DNA of 63,982 bases, counting the filler, from an uncultured bacterium (GTDB taxonomy: Bacteria > CAYJOG01), in NCBI GenBank assembly GCA_964371695.1. It is 7 parts of 7 records of this genome, joined end to end, with 100 filler letters (N's around TTAATTAATTAA, not from the genome) between each part and the next. Parts side by side here need not be neighbours in the genome. Positions count along the whole stretch, not along the records: positions 1 to 9,486 come from CAYJOG010000072.1; positions 9,587 to 19,018 come from CAYJOG010000073.1; 5 more parts are not named here. The stretch is one strand, 5' to 3'. The position numbers and the translations under genes are program-made. Shown here in pieces: positions 1-9,756 of this stretch (the stretch's first letter is position 1; each line of letters opens with the position of its first letter). Under the pieces are notes generated by a model that did not search any database, had not been told where the DNA came from, and saw only the letters and a program-made list of their open reading frames with translations.

Positions 1-31
1 GGTGTGGGGACAGCGTCCCCACGGAAGCTTT

Positions 32-802
32 TTATTTTCCCCCCGGCCTGAAACCGATGGCGTTTTGCATGTTCAAGGCCAGTTGTGCTTCCAGCACCGT
101 TGGGTTCACCGCCACCGTTTCGGCGAGTTCCTGAAAGGTGTAACGCAGATAGGCGGGGTGATTGGGTTTGCCCCGCACCGGCTGGGGGGCCAGATAGGGG
201 GCGTCGGTTTCAATCAGAATCCTGTCCAGCGGCAGACGCCGGGCCACGTCCTTGAGGTGGCGGGCGCTTTTATAAGTGAGGATGCCGCTGAAGCTGATGT
301 AAAAACCCAGGTCCACAAACCGTTTGGCCTCGTCGTATTGGCCGGTGAAACAGTGCACGATGCCCCGCTTCAGGCCCTCGCCCTGCGCCATGTCCCACAG
401 GTCTTCATAGGCGTCGCGGCAGTGGAACACCACGGGTTTGTCCGCCTCTTGGGCCAGGGGCAGCAACCGGGCGGTCACCCGGCGCTGATCAGCCGGGTCG
501 GCGTAGCCCTTGAAATAATCCAGGCCGATTTCCCCAAGGGCCAGGGCCCCGGGCTGGGCCAGCAGGCCCCGCAGGGCGGTGAGGGTTTTTTCTCCCTCAA
601 AGTTGGGCGTTTCGTGGGGATGAAACCCCACGGTGGCCCCCACGCGGGGGTTGGCCGCCGCCAGGGCCAGGGCCTCCTGCGAGTTTTTCAGGTCAATGCC
701 CACCAGCAAAAGCCCCTCCAGGCCGCCGCTCAGACAGTCGGCGATCACCTGGGCCGGCTCGGGGTAATACTCGGCGAAAACGTGGCAGTGGCTGTCAATC
801 AT
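32..802 (-). CDS. tatD: TatD family metal-dependent hydrolase/DNase
   Basis: N-terminal IDSHCH, GFHP, GEIGLDY, FHCR, VHCF and ETDAPYL motifs typical of TatD. Confidence 0.93.
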   Translation of the reverse strand: MIDSHCHVFAEYYPEPAQVIADCLSGGLEGLLLVGIDLKNSQEALALAAANPRVGATVGFHPHETPNFEGEKTLTALRGLLAQPGALALGEIGLDYFKGYADPADQRRVTARLLPLAQEADKPVVFHCRDAYEDLWDMAQGEGLKRGIVHCFTGQYDEAKRFVDLGFYISFSGILTYKSARHLKDVARRLPLDRILIETDAPYLAPQPVRGKPNHPAYLRYTFQELAETVAVNPTVLEAQLALNMQNAIGFRPGGK

Positions 803-1781
803 GGGAGGGGTCGGAACCGGACTCCGCCGCCAGCGGCAGGAGGCTTTTGCGTTTCTGACCCAGGCGGTCGATCAGGTTGAGCAGAAACACCCGGTCAATC
901 AGTTCGCCCAGGTCGGTGAGCATGGCCACGATATGCACCAGCGCCAGCAGGCCCAGCATGATGAGCTTCAGTTCATAGGACAGCTCGTTGACCAGAAACA
1001 GCCCCAGGATGAACCCCAGAAAGTTGGCTCCCACCGCCCCCATCGAGGCCCGGCCCTGGCGCTCATAACGCCAATAACCCATGGCGATGAACGCCACGGG
1101 CAGCGTCAGACGCCACGTGAGTTGATGCACCGAGCCGAACTCCGGCAGAAAAAACGCCAGATAAAGACTGGCCCCCGTGATGAGCCAGATCAGCCCCAGG
1201 GCCGCCTTGAGCGCCCGCAGCGGGCGGGTGTTGATCAGCCCCAGAAAGGTGCAACTGAGGGTGATCAGCAGCACGTTGAGCAACAGCACCCCCGCGCCGC
1301 CGAAACGGGCGTCGAGGTCGAAGCGCATGCGCCCCACCATGGCCACCAGAAAAACGCCCATCACGCTGAGCACGCCGCTGTCCAGCACGCGGTCTGAAAG
1401 CAGCATGGCCAGGTGGGTTTTGAGGGTGGACCGTTCGTGGCGTTTGAACATGTCGTCGTAAAGCCCCAGAAACGCCACCGAGAGCGCCCCCAGGCCCGGC
1501 TCCAGAATGGACCATTGCCAGATGCGCCAGGTCTGCTGAATCATCAGGAAACCCATCTGGTACACCAGAAAACACAACACCATGCTCACACCCACCGAAG
1601 TGGGGACTGGGTCCAGCTTGAAGTTGTAGCGGGTCATCTCACGCCTGAGAAAATGCAGGCGCACAAAATTGCCCGTGAAAAACAGGCTGAAAACCCACAA
1701 CATCAGGTAAATGGCCAGGAATGTGTACCGTTGCGGATCCACGGCGCAAAGGGTAGCGGAAAAGCTGCCCACCAACAGCAA
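795..1781 (-). CDS. Polytopic membrane protein, MraY/WecA-like (glycosyl transferase family 4), divergent
   Basis: Multiple TM segments; GLYDD motif; 'INTRPLRALK' and 'ASMGAVGANFLG' resemble the DxRPGRAxK and MGDxG(S/A)NxLG motifs of the family. Several Asp positions are substituted. Start uncertain. Confidence 0.6.
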   Translation of the reverse strand: MLLVGSFSATLCAVDPQRYTFLAIYLMLWVFSLFFTGNFVRLHFLRREMTRYNFKLDPVPTSVGVSMVLCFLVYQMGFLMIQQTWRIWQWSILEPGLGALSVAFLGLYDDMFKRHERSTLKTHLAMLLSDRVLDSGVLSVMGVFLVAMVGRMRFDLDARFGGAGVLLLNVLLITLSCTFLGLINTRPLRALKAALGLIWLITGASLYLAFFLPEFGSVHQLTWRLTLPVAFIAMGYWRYERQGRASMGAVGANFLGFILGLFLVNELSYELKLIMLGLLALVHIVAMLTDLGELIDRVFLLNLIDRLGQKRKSLLPLAAESGSDPSHD

Positions 1782-1803
1782 CTTGGCCGGTTAAAATCAC
1801 ATT

Positions 1804-2631
1804 ATGAAAAACCGCACGCCCTATCCCGAACACTGGCATCAGGTGGGGGAGCATCGCATCCGCGGCGTGGACGTGGGGGAGGGGCCGGTGGTGGTGCTGC
1901 TGCACGGTTTGGGCAGTTATCTGGAGGAATACCACGACCTGACCGAGCGCCTCAGCCCGCACTTTCGGGTGCTGGTGTGGGACCAGCCGGGGGATGGTCT
2001 TTCCAGTACGCCCGACAGGCCCCAGAGCCTGAAGGACCGCGCCGATGTGGTGGCCCAGGTGATTGAACACCTGGGGGTGCAGCCGGTGTTTCTGATGGGT
2101 GCGAGCCAGGGGGGTTTTGTGGCGCTGAAGCTGCTTGCCCATCATCCCAAACTGGTGAAAAAAGCCCTGCTCATCAGCCCCGCCGGGGGCTGGTCCACCA
2201 AACCGCTGTTGTCCCGTTTTTTGCTGGAAATGGCTGAGAACCCTTTGCGGGAGCCTTTTTATTGGGCCACGGCATTCATCCAGATCAACATGTGTTACGC
2301 GTGGGATTATCCGGGCCGCTGGGAGAAAGTGACGGGGCACCTGCGGGAAGTCCGCGAGCGGGACGTGCCCCAGATTTCACAAAACTATTTCCGCGCCACC
2401 GCCATGGCCCTGGGTGACAGCGTGCTGGAGGACGTGTCTTCCATCACCACCCCCGTGCGCCTTTTGTGGGGCGAGCACGACTATGGCATGCCGCCCTCTC
2501 AGGGCCGGGCCATTCACGCGCGGCTGCCCGGCTCGGAGTTGACCCTGGTGCCGGACTGCGGCCACGCCATGGCCACCGAAATGCCAGATTTTGTGCTGTC
2601 TCAGGCCAAGGAATGGTTTTTGGGGAAATAA
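1804..2631 (+). CDS. Alpha/beta fold hydrolase
   Basis: LLHGLG, GASQGG nucleophile elbow, WGEHD and DCGH motifs. Confidence 0.9.
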   Translation: MKNRTPYPEHWHQVGEHRIRGVDVGEGPVVVLLHGLGSYLEEYHDLTERLSPHFRVLVWDQPGDGLSSTPDRPQSLKDRADVVAQVIEHLGVQPVFLMGASQGGFVALKLLAHHPKLVKKALLISPAGGWSTKPLLSRFLLEMAENPLREPFYWATAFIQINMCYAWDYPGRWEKVTGHLREVRERDVPQISQNYFRATAMALGDSVLEDVSSITTPVRLLWGEHDYGMPPSQGRAIHARLPGSELTLVPDCGHAMATEMPDFVLSQAKEWFLGK

Positions 2632-2662
2632 CCCGGACCGGGGGCGAATTTTATGCCTGGGT

Positions 2663-3076
2663 TTATGTGTGTGCGGCGGAAGACGCACCGGCGAGGGTCT
2701 GGTTGCGGTATTTCTTGTTGACTTCCTCCCAGGCGTATTTCAGGTCGCTCAGGATGTGCGCCACGTGGTGCAGCTTGGCCGGGTCGCGGTTGATGTTGGC
2801 CCACACCGTTTGTTCATAGCAGTAGCTGTAAAGGGTTTTCAGGTTTTGTGCGATTTCTCCGGCGTCCATGTTCAGGCAGTTGGAAAGCTCGGTGAGAATG
2901 TTCTGGCTGCGCTTGATGTAGTTGTTCCACCCGATGTAATCCTTTGTTTCAAGACATTTCTCGGCCTGCACCATGAATTTCAGCGCGCCGTCGTAAAGCA
3001 TGACGATGAGCATGATGGGGCTGGCGGTGAGAATGGCGTTGTTTTTGTAAGTCTGATAGGGGTTTCGGGTGTTCAA
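2663..3076 (-). CDS. fliS: Flagellar export chaperone FliS
   Basis: 'ILTASPIMLIVMLYDGALKF', 'GEIAQNLKTLYSY' and 'LKYAWEE'; located downstream of fliD. Confidence 0.95.
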   Translation of the reverse strand: MNTRNPYQTYKNNAILTASPIMLIVMLYDGALKFMVQAEKCLETKDYIGWNNYIKRSQNILTELSNCLNMDAGEIAQNLKTLYSYCYEQTVWANINRDPAKLHHVAHILSDLKYAWEEVNKKYRNQTLAGASSAAHT

Positions 3077-3699
3077 GGGATTTCCTCCAGAATAATTTGC
3101 AGCCGTTTTTGCCAGTCGTTCAGGTGGGGGATGAGTTCGTAGGTCAGATAGTCGTTCACCAGCACGTAGTCCTGGTTTTCAAGGCCTTCCATCATGTCGC
3201 CCAGAATCTGGTTGAGGTTGTCCACGCTCTGGCCAATGGTGGCGGTGGCGGTTTCCTGGATGTTGTAAAGGTCCAGACCAAAGGCTTCCTGAATGCTGGT
3301 GAGCGCCATGAGGAACATGCGCATGCCGTCGGCCAGTTCGCCAAAAAGCATAAGCGCACCGGCGTAATCGCGGGCGTTGAACATTTCGCTCACCCGGTGG
3401 AGTCCTTCTGCGGCCATGGGCAAAAACCGCGCTGTTGCGGCGACTTCAATTTCGGCGAACTCCTTGAGGGTGATGGACGTGAACATCGCCTTGCCCACCT
3501 GATCAAGCGAAAGCGTAGCCAGTTTCGTGGGTTCCATCTCCAGCACGTTGCCATCGGGTTGCAGCAACTCCATGGCGCCAACCAGCTTGCGATTTACCAG
3601 CAGGTTGTCTTCCACCGCCTTGAACAGTTCGCCCAGATTGCTGCACCCTTCGGCCAGTTGCGGGCTTTGCTGTTGTTGGTCTACCAGAAGCTCCATCAC
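3073..3699 (-). CDS. Hypothetical helical protein in the flagellar cap operon
   Basis: 4-bp overlaps with fliD and fliS; C-terminal 'ENQDYVLVNDYLTYELIP'. Confidence 0.75.
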   Translation of the reverse strand: MMELLVDQQQQSPQLAEGCSNLGELFKAVEDNLLVNRKLVGAMELLQPDGNVLEMEPTKLATLSLDQVGKAMFTSITLKEFAEIEVAATARFLPMAAEGLHRVSEMFNARDYAGALMLFGELADGMRMFLMALTSIQEAFGLDLYNIQETATATIGQSVDNLNQILGDMMEGLENQDYVLVNDYLTYELIPHLNDWQKRLQIILEEIP

Positions 3700-5168
3700 A
3701 TCAGGCCTCCCAGACCGCCGCCAGAGGAGCTGGCGCCGGATCCCAGCGCGCCCAATGCACCTTGCTGCAACTTCAGAGACTGAATGGCGGATTCCATGGC
3801 CGAGAACTGCGCCCGCAGGCGGTCTTCATAGGCCGTCACGCGTTCTTCCATGTTGAGAATGTTCTCTTCGGTGTCATCAATCAGGTCGTCCAGATATTTG
3901 GTGAGGCCGTCCAGCACGCCGGTGTCTGTCTGGACCACCGACACGTCGCTGTAGGCCGACATTTTGGTGTCCAGACGGGTGGACCACTCGGCCATGAAGG
4001 CCATCACGCCTTCGGGGTTGGCGGCAAAGGCGGCGTCAAAGTCGGCCGATTCAAACTTGATGTAGGGCGAAATGGAGCCAGAGACAAACTCTTCGCTGTC
4101 AATGCCGACAGAGGCGGAATAGCTGTAGGTGGCGGTGAAGTCGGGGTCGCCCAGGGTGTTGCTCACCACGCTGGTGATGTCCAGGCGGATGTCGTTGAGC
4201 ATGCGGATCAGGTCTGGGTCGCCGTTGAACGCCCCCTGAATGGCCTCGGCGTAGGTTTGGGGGCTATTCACCCGTTCCTGCGACAACAGGGCGTTCACGT
4301 CATCCACAAAGGCGTTGTACTGGCTGACAAAACTGGAAAGGTCTTCCTTTACGGTGTTGCTGTCCAGCGCGATGCTCAGGGTGGCGCTGCCGGTGGTCTT
4401 GAAGTTGAAGGTCACGCCCGAAAGGGCGTCTGACACGCTGTTGGTGCTGCGGGAATAAGCCACACCGTTGACGGTGAAATTGGCGTCGGAGGCGGCCTGC
4501 ACGGTGGAGCCGGGGGACAATCCCAGTTCGGCCAGCTTGCCGTCGGTGTCTACAATGTTGACCGCGTTGGCGGTGCCGGTGTCGCTGGCGCTGAGGCTGA
4601 TGATCTGGCCGGTGCCGCTGCCAAGAATCATGGCAGTGCCATCGGCGGTGGCGCCGGCGTTGTCAAAAGCCCCCTGAATTTTGCTGCGCAGCGAGGACAG
4701 GGTGTCTGTGCCGTCAATGCTCAGGGCAATGCCGTTGACAGTGAAGTTGTAGGTGCCGCCAAAGGCAATGCCGCCGGTGTTGGTGCTGAAGGCGGCGGTT
4801 TCGCTGGCAAGCCCAATCGTGGCCAGGTCTTTGGTGCCCGTGACGATGTGGTTTTTGGCGGTGCTGGTGACGTTGACCAGATAGTTGCCGGGGGTGGCGT
4901 AAGATTGGGAGGTGGCGGTGTAGATGTTTTCGTCAGAGACAGAAGTACTCACCGGCGGGTCCAGGGCGGTGGATGTGTACTTTTCTATGGTGCTCTGGAG
5001 CGACACCAGATTACTGCGGAGACTGTTGAGGGCGTCTTTTTTGTATTCGTAAACGTCGACATTGAGCTGCTGGCGCTGAATGGGGATTTTTTCCAGCGAC
5101 ACCAACTGGCTGATCATGTCGTTCAGTTGAAGACCGGACGCTGCTCCTAAAAAACTGATGCCTGCCAT
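3696..5168 (-). CDS. fliD: Flagellar filament cap protein FliD
   Basis: N-terminal 'MAGISFLGAASGL..MISQLVSLE', 'AASDANFTVNGV..SRSTNSVSDAL.GVT', and C-terminal 'LRAQFSAME'. Confidence 0.95.
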   Translation of the reverse strand: MAGISFLGAASGLQLNDMISQLVSLEKIPIQRQQLNVDVYEYKKDALNSLRSNLVSLQSTIEKYTSTALDPPVSTSVSDENIYTATSQSYATPGNYLVNVTSTAKNHIVTGTKDLATIGLASETAAFSTNTGGIAFGGTYNFTVNGIALSIDGTDTLSSLRSKIQGAFDNAGATADGTAMILGSGTGQIISLSASDTGTANAVNIVDTDGKLAELGLSPGSTVQAASDANFTVNGVAYSRSTNSVSDALSGVTFNFKTTGSATLSIALDSNTVKEDLSSFVSQYNAFVDDVNALLSQERVNSPQTYAEAIQGAFNGDPDLIRMLNDIRLDITSVVSNTLGDPDFTATYSYSASVGIDSEEFVSGSISPYIKFESADFDAAFAANPEGVMAFMAEWSTRLDTKMSAYSDVSVVQTDTGVLDGLTKYLDDLIDDTEENILNMEERVTAYEDRLRAQFSAMESAIQSLKLQQGALGALGSGASSSGGGLGGLM

Positions 5169-5199
5169 GGGGGTGTCCCTTTCTGTGGGTGGTGCTCTT

Positions 5200-5580
5200 T
5201 CAGACTTTTGCGTTGATGATGAAACCGACGAGATCCTGCAACCTGCTCACCAGGTCCAGAAACTCGCTGTCGGGTACTTCGCGGATGACCTGGCCGCTCT
5301 GGCGGTCGCTGATGCGCACCACGATCTTGTGGGAGCTTTCGTGTACGCTGTATTCCAGTTTGTGGTTGGCGAGGTCAAACTGGCTGCGCATGTCCTCAAT
5401 GGCCTGGGAGACACGGGCTGGGTCCAGTTTCACACCCACTTCGTGGGGCTCGACATGTCCTTTCACCAGTTTGGGGGCGAGGTTTCGCTCCATGACCATC
5501 TGGGCCAATGCCTCTGCGGCCGAGGCCACGGGCTGGGCTGCGGGTGGGGTGGATGATGGTTGTACGGTGCTGACTTCCAT
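5200..5580 (-). CDS. flaG: Flagellar protein FlaG
   Basis: 'LEYSVHE..KIVVRISD..SGQVIREVP..FLDL'; ATG at 5580 preceded by a TAAGGAGG RBS. Confidence 0.88.
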   Translation of the reverse strand: MEVSTVQPSSTPPAAQPVASAAEALAQMVMERNLAPKLVKGHVEPHEVGVKLDPARVSQAIEDMRSQFDLANHKLEYSVHESSHKIVVRISDRQSGQVIREVPDSEFLDLVSRLQDLVGFIINAKV

Positions 5581-5667
5581 GTTGTTTTTCCTCCTTAACC
5601 CACAAATGGGCCGTTTGTGGGCCGGTAAAGCGATAAAGCTGGCCAAACAGAGGTCTTCCTGTTCCCC

Positions 5668-5694
5668 TTTTCGGAAGCAGAAAGGCTGAATTTA
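5668..5694 (-). promoter_or_regulatory. Sigma28 (FliA)-type promoter for flaG-fliD-orf-fliS
   Basis: Minus strand reads TAAA-N15-TCCGAAAA versus the consensus TAAA-N15-GCCGATAA, directly upstream of late flagellar genes. Confidence 0.7.
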
Positions 5695-5913
5695 GAAATG
5701 AGCCAACTTTTTTGGATTTTGAGGAGCATCAGGGGGTGGATGCCGCAAAAAACGAGCCAGAATAGCCAGGAATGTGTTTAAAAATTGACCACACTGGCTG
5801 GCAGGGTCTTGATAAACACCCTGCTCAAGGCGTCAGTGTCACTGGAAAACGATTGTTTTGCATGTATGACCGGATTCCCGCTCTCGCGGGAACCACGGGA
5901 GGGCCTGCCCCTG

Positions 5914-6201
5914 TCAAAGCTCGCGAATGGCGGCTTCCAGGCGGTCGATGCGCTCTTCGATCTTTTCCAGGTCATCCTTGAGAATGACGCCGTATTTCAC
6001 CAGATGCTGGTTCAGGCGGCTGAGCACCACCGAGCCGGCCTCTGCCGATTCGTCTTCAATGCGTTCCTTGATATGCTCCACGCGGGTGCTCAACACGTTT
6101 TCGCCGCTGTCGGCGATGGGGTTGAGGCGGCCAAACACGCTCTGGATTTCCTCGGTGAGGGCGTCCAGACGGGATTTGAGGGTTTCGAGCATGTCGGACA
6201 T
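5914..6201 (-). CDS. Small coiled-coil protein, phasin-like C-terminus
   Basis: Heptad-rich; ends 'KDDLEKIEERIDRLEAAIREL'. Confidence 0.55.
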   Translation of the reverse strand: MSDMLETLKSRLDALTEEIQSVFGRLNPIADSGENVLSTRVEHIKERIEDESAEAGSVVLSRLNQHLVKYGVILKDDLEKIEERIDRLEAAIREL

Positions 6202-6315
6202 GGGGGTGACCTCGTGGCTGGGGTGAGAGAGGGAAAAACAGCCGGGACAGTCGCCCGCCCCGGCCTGATTCACGTCCTGTTATTCATCGGCCTGTCGCCG
6301 CAAAAGCGTCAGCCG

Positions 6316-6711
6316 TTATTTGGGGCCCTTGCACTTGCACAGCGCCCGGATATGCGCCACCAGATCGGCGACTTCGTTGGGTTTGAGCTGCGGGAACGGC
6401 GGCATGGCGGGGCTTTTCTTCATGGCCGCGCCACCCTTCTGAATGGTGGTGGCAATGGTTTTGTCGGCGATTTTCGACATGATCTTGGGGTCGGAAAACT
6501 TGCGGGGCTTGGGATTGAGGCTGGCCGAGGCAGGCCCGTCTCCGGCGCCCTTGGGGCCGTGGCACATGGCGCAGTTGGTGCCATAAATTTTCGCCCCGTT
6601 GGCGGCATTGGCAGCCTGGACGGGCTTGGCCCCCATGGCGGCGACGCCCAGCGAAACACCCAACGCCAGCGGCAGCGCCAGCTTCTTGAGGGAGGTGGTG
6701 GAAAGTTGCAT
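6316..6711 (-). CDS. Periplasmic monoheme cytochrome c
   Basis: Signal peptide, CAMCH heme-binding motif, 'GDGP' and distal 'MPPF'. Confidence 0.92.
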   Translation of the reverse strand: MQLSTTSLKKLALPLALGVSLGVAAMGAKPVQAANAANGAKIYGTNCAMCHGPKGAGDGPASASLNPKPRKFSDPKIMSKIADKTIATTIQKGGAAMKKSPAMPPFPQLKPNEVADLVAHIRALCKCKGPK

Positions 6712-6855
6712 GAAAAGCCTCCTGCTTTGTTTTGGCCAGTCAACCGGCCTTTATGGGGAGTTTAATCAGGAGAGCATAATCCGAAAGCAAAAAGTGAAAG
6801 AAAGCGCAAAGCCTTGCTTGGGAACCTGATTTGCGTCAGGGATAACACCAGTTCC

Positions 6856-7968
6856 TCATCGAAACAGCAGCATTTCTTCCCAGTCTCGCACCACCTGGGC
6901 CACGTCGTGGCGGGCGGCCACCTCCTCAAAAGCCGCTGGGTCAAAGGCCCCCGACTGTTTCATCTCCCATGCCTGGGACAATGCGGCGGCAAAGGCGGCC
7001 TCGTCGCCGGGGGGTGTGAGCAGGCCGGTTTTTTGGGGGACGAGGATGGCTCTGGGGCCGTCGGGGCAGTCGGTGCTCACACAGGGCAGGCTCAGGGCGT
7101 GGGCCTCGATGAGCACGTTTGGGAAACTGTCGTAACGGCTGGTGAGGGCCAGCAGATCGGCGTGGGCCATGTAACAAAAGGGGTTCTCCACTCCCCCGGC
7201 GAACACCACCGCCTCGCCCAGCGGCGCGGCCAGCACGCGCAGCGCTGCTTCGTCTTCGCCTTCGCCCACCAGGGTGAGTGTGCCGCCGTGGGCCGCGTGA
7301 AACACGGCAAACGCCTTGAGCAGCAGGGGAATGTCCTTGACCCGGCTCAAGCGCCCCACATATAAAACCTGCGGGCCGGGATCACGAAAAGGATTCTCCC
7401 CCTGCGCCGCCAGTTCCCGCACCAGCTTCAGGTCCACCGGGTTGGGAATCACCCGCACCTGCTCCGGCTTAAGCGCATAAACCCCCAGCAGGTTGTTTTT
7501 CATGGCCTCACTCTGGGCCACCAACTGGTCAAGGCGCGGATAGGTTTTGTGGTTGAAGGTTTCGGATTTTTCCACGTCGCTCATCCAGTCCTGCGCCGGT
7601 GTGCCGGGGGGCCGGGCAAAAGCCACCCTTTCCACATGGCGGAACTTCATGCGCCCCAGGGTGCGCGCCGCCATCACCAGCACCGTGGTGTGCCACAAAA
7701 AATCCACCAGCATGTCGGGACGTATTCGCCGCAGGGTTTTGAACAACGGCCAGAAAGACTGCTTTGGCCCGAAAGTGCCCAGGTGCGTGGTGGCCACGTC
7801 AGGCGGCAGCAGAGGTTTGAGCGAACCGCCTTCGTCAAAGGTGATCAGGTGCAGGTGAAATTTTTCCCGGTCCAGATGGCGCAAAAGCGTGAGCACCACC
7901 CGCTCAGACCCGCCCCCCGCCCGGAACAGCGGCAGCACCAGCACCAGTGATTTTTTTTGAGAGGCCAC
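6856..7968 (-). CDS. Glycosyltransferase family 4 (GT-B)
   Basis: GGGSERV, VIPNPVD, VGRLSRVK and 'SRYDSFPNVLIEA' motifs. Start taken at GTG 7968. Confidence 0.9.
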   Translation of the reverse strand: MASQKKSLVLVLPLFRAGGGSERVVLTLLRHLDREKFHLHLITFDEGGSLKPLLPPDVATTHLGTFGPKQSFWPLFKTLRRIRPDMLVDFLWHTTVLVMAARTLGRMKFRHVERVAFARPPGTPAQDWMSDVEKSETFNHKTYPRLDQLVAQSEAMKNNLLGVYALKPEQVRVIPNPVDLKLVRELAAQGENPFRDPGPQVLYVGRLSRVKDIPLLLKAFAVFHAAHGGTLTLVGEGEDEAALRVLAAPLGEAVVFAGGVENPFCYMAHADLLALTSRYDSFPNVLIEAHALSLPCVSTDCPDGPRAILVPQKTGLLTPPGDEAAFAAALSQAWEMKQSGAFDPAAFEEVAARHDVAQVVRDWEEMLLFR

Positions 7969-8072
7969 GACAGGGAGGTTTCTTTTCTGGAACCCATCCA
8001 GAAAAGTGGGCTTATTGTACGGCCCTCTTGAGCAACCGCACCGCGCCCACACCCCCCTTTGCCTTTGGCCCC

Positions 8073-9411
8073 ATGTCGGCCCGACTGGGGGCGCTGGCGC
8101 TGCCCGCCCTGCTCAGCAACGTGAGTGAGCCGCTTCTCTCGCTGGTGGACACCGCCATCATCGGCCACACCTCGGCCCACGCCATGGCCGGGGCGGGGCT
8201 TACGTCGAACCTGTTTCACATTCTGTTCTGGATGCTCAACTTTTTGCCCCTGGGCATGAGCGCCAACGTGGCCCAGTTGCTGGGGGCGGGGCAGCACGAA
8301 AAAGCCCTGCGCATCGGCTTGAAAACCACGCTGGTGAGCGCCGCCCTGGGGTTGGGGGCGGCGGTGGCGCTGGTGCTGGGGCGCGAAGGTGTGTTTGGTT
8401 TTTATGGGGCATCCGCCACGGTGTTTGACGCCACCGAGGTTTATTTCGCCCTGCGGGTGGCGGGCCTGCCCCTGGCCATGATCAACGTGTGTCTGGCGGG
8501 TTATCTGCAAGGGGCGCTGGACACCCGCACCCCCATGGTGGCGGTCATTGGCGGCGGGGGGGGGAAATACGCCCCGGGCGAATGGGTGGGGTTTTGGGGG
8601 GGGGGGGGGGGAAGGGTTTGGGGGGGGGGGGGGGGGGCTGGCCACGCTGCTGGCCCAGAGTCTGTCGCTGGCCATTTTTGGCCGGGGGATGCTGCGGCAT
8701 CAGCGACTGAGGCAACACGCACCCAGGCTCGTGCTCAGGCAGGTTTGGCAAACGCCGCTCCACTTTGTGCGGGGTGTCGGGCTGGACCTTTTCCTGCGCT
8801 CGGCCTCGCTCAATCTGGTGTTTCTGGTGAGCATGCGCTTGGCCCAGCAGCTTGGGCCGTTTCAGGCGGGGGCCCACAACGTGACCATGCAACTGTGGTT
8901 GTTCTGCGCCCATTTCACCGATGCCCTGGCCATTGCCCTGCGCTCCCTCACCGCCACGGCCCTGGGGGCGAAAAACCGCGCACTGGCCATGGCTTGGGGC
9001 CGCACGGGTCTGTGGCTGGGGCTTTTCACCGGCCTGGGGCAGACGGTGGTGTTCGCCCTGCTCAGCCTCTGGGTGGGCCGGTGGTTCACGCCAGACATTC
9101 ATGTGCTGGCGGCCCTGGTGCTGCCCTATTGGCTGTTTGTGATTTGCCAGCCCATGAACGCCGTGAGTTTTGTGCTGGATGGCGTGCTGAAGGGAGCGGG
9201 CGACGCGGCGTTTCTGCGCAAGTGGCTGATGGTGGGGGCGTTTGTAGGGTTTTTCCCGCCCGCTCTGTGGCTCACGCCGCTTCGGCACGATCTGCTGGGG
9301 GTGTGGCTGGGCATTGCCGCGTTGATGGGCGTGCGCACGGTGTCCATCACGGCGCGGTTTTTTTCAGGCCGGTGGATGGACGCCAGCGGCCGGGTTTATG
9401 ACGTGACGTGA
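8073..9411 (+). CDS. MATE (DinF-like) efflux transporter, apparently frameshifted by a corrupted G-rich tract at about 8550-8640
   Basis: N-half 'LALPALLSNVSEPLLSLVDTAIIGH' is in one frame and C-half 'LDGVLKGAGDAAFLR...GVWLGI' in another; the junction is poly-G low-complexity sequence. Confidence 0.8.
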
Positions 9412-9454
9412 TAGCAATAGAGCAAATTCACATTTGACGTAGACAAAGGGCGGG

Positions 9455-9486
9455 GCCAGTCCTTGCCCTCTCCCTGAGGGAGAGGG
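9455..9486. repeat. CCCTCTCCC-N3/4-GGGAGAGGG palindromic REP-type repeat, truncated at the contig end
   Basis: gccagtccttgCCCTCTCCCtgaGGGAGAGGG is near-identical to 34223-34254. Confidence 0.8.
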
Positions 9487-9586
9487 NNNNNNNNNNNNNN
9501 NNNNNNNNNNNNNNNNNNNNNNNNNNNNNNTTAATTAATTAANNNNNNNNNNNNNNNNNNNNNNNNNNNNNNNNNNNNNNNNNNNN
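9487..9586. other. Artificial contig linker
   Basis: N44-TTAATTAATTAA-N44 with stops in all six frames; recurs six times. Confidence 0.97.
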
Positions 9587-9725
9587 CCCTCTCCCCTTTA
9601 TGGGGAGAGGAAGCCCCGAAGGGGCAGGTGAGGGGTTATTCAAAGGCAAAAAACCAATAAAGTTTTTTCTCTTTGATTCAAGCCCCTCACCCCAACCCTC
9701 TCCCCATAAAGGGGAGAGGGGGTAG
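9587..9725. repeat. REP doublet (CCCTCTCCCC..GGGGAGAGG...GGTGAGGGG / CCCCTCACC..CCCTCTCCCC..GGGGAGAGGG)
   Basis: Two inverted palindromic units separated by an A/T-rich spacer; same family at 17140, 34233, 56773 and 63508. Confidence 0.88.
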
Positions 9726-9756
9726 AGGACATCCTGATGTTCTGGAATCGCACGCC

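Noticed and set aside
8550-8640. Poly-G tracts frameshifting the MATE gene (possible phase variation or G-quadruplex)
   Set aside because: The whole 90-bp stretch is degraded toward G where a TM/GxGxxGAA segment is expected. This is typical of low-quality G-biased base calls rather than a clean contingency tract; read inspection is needed.
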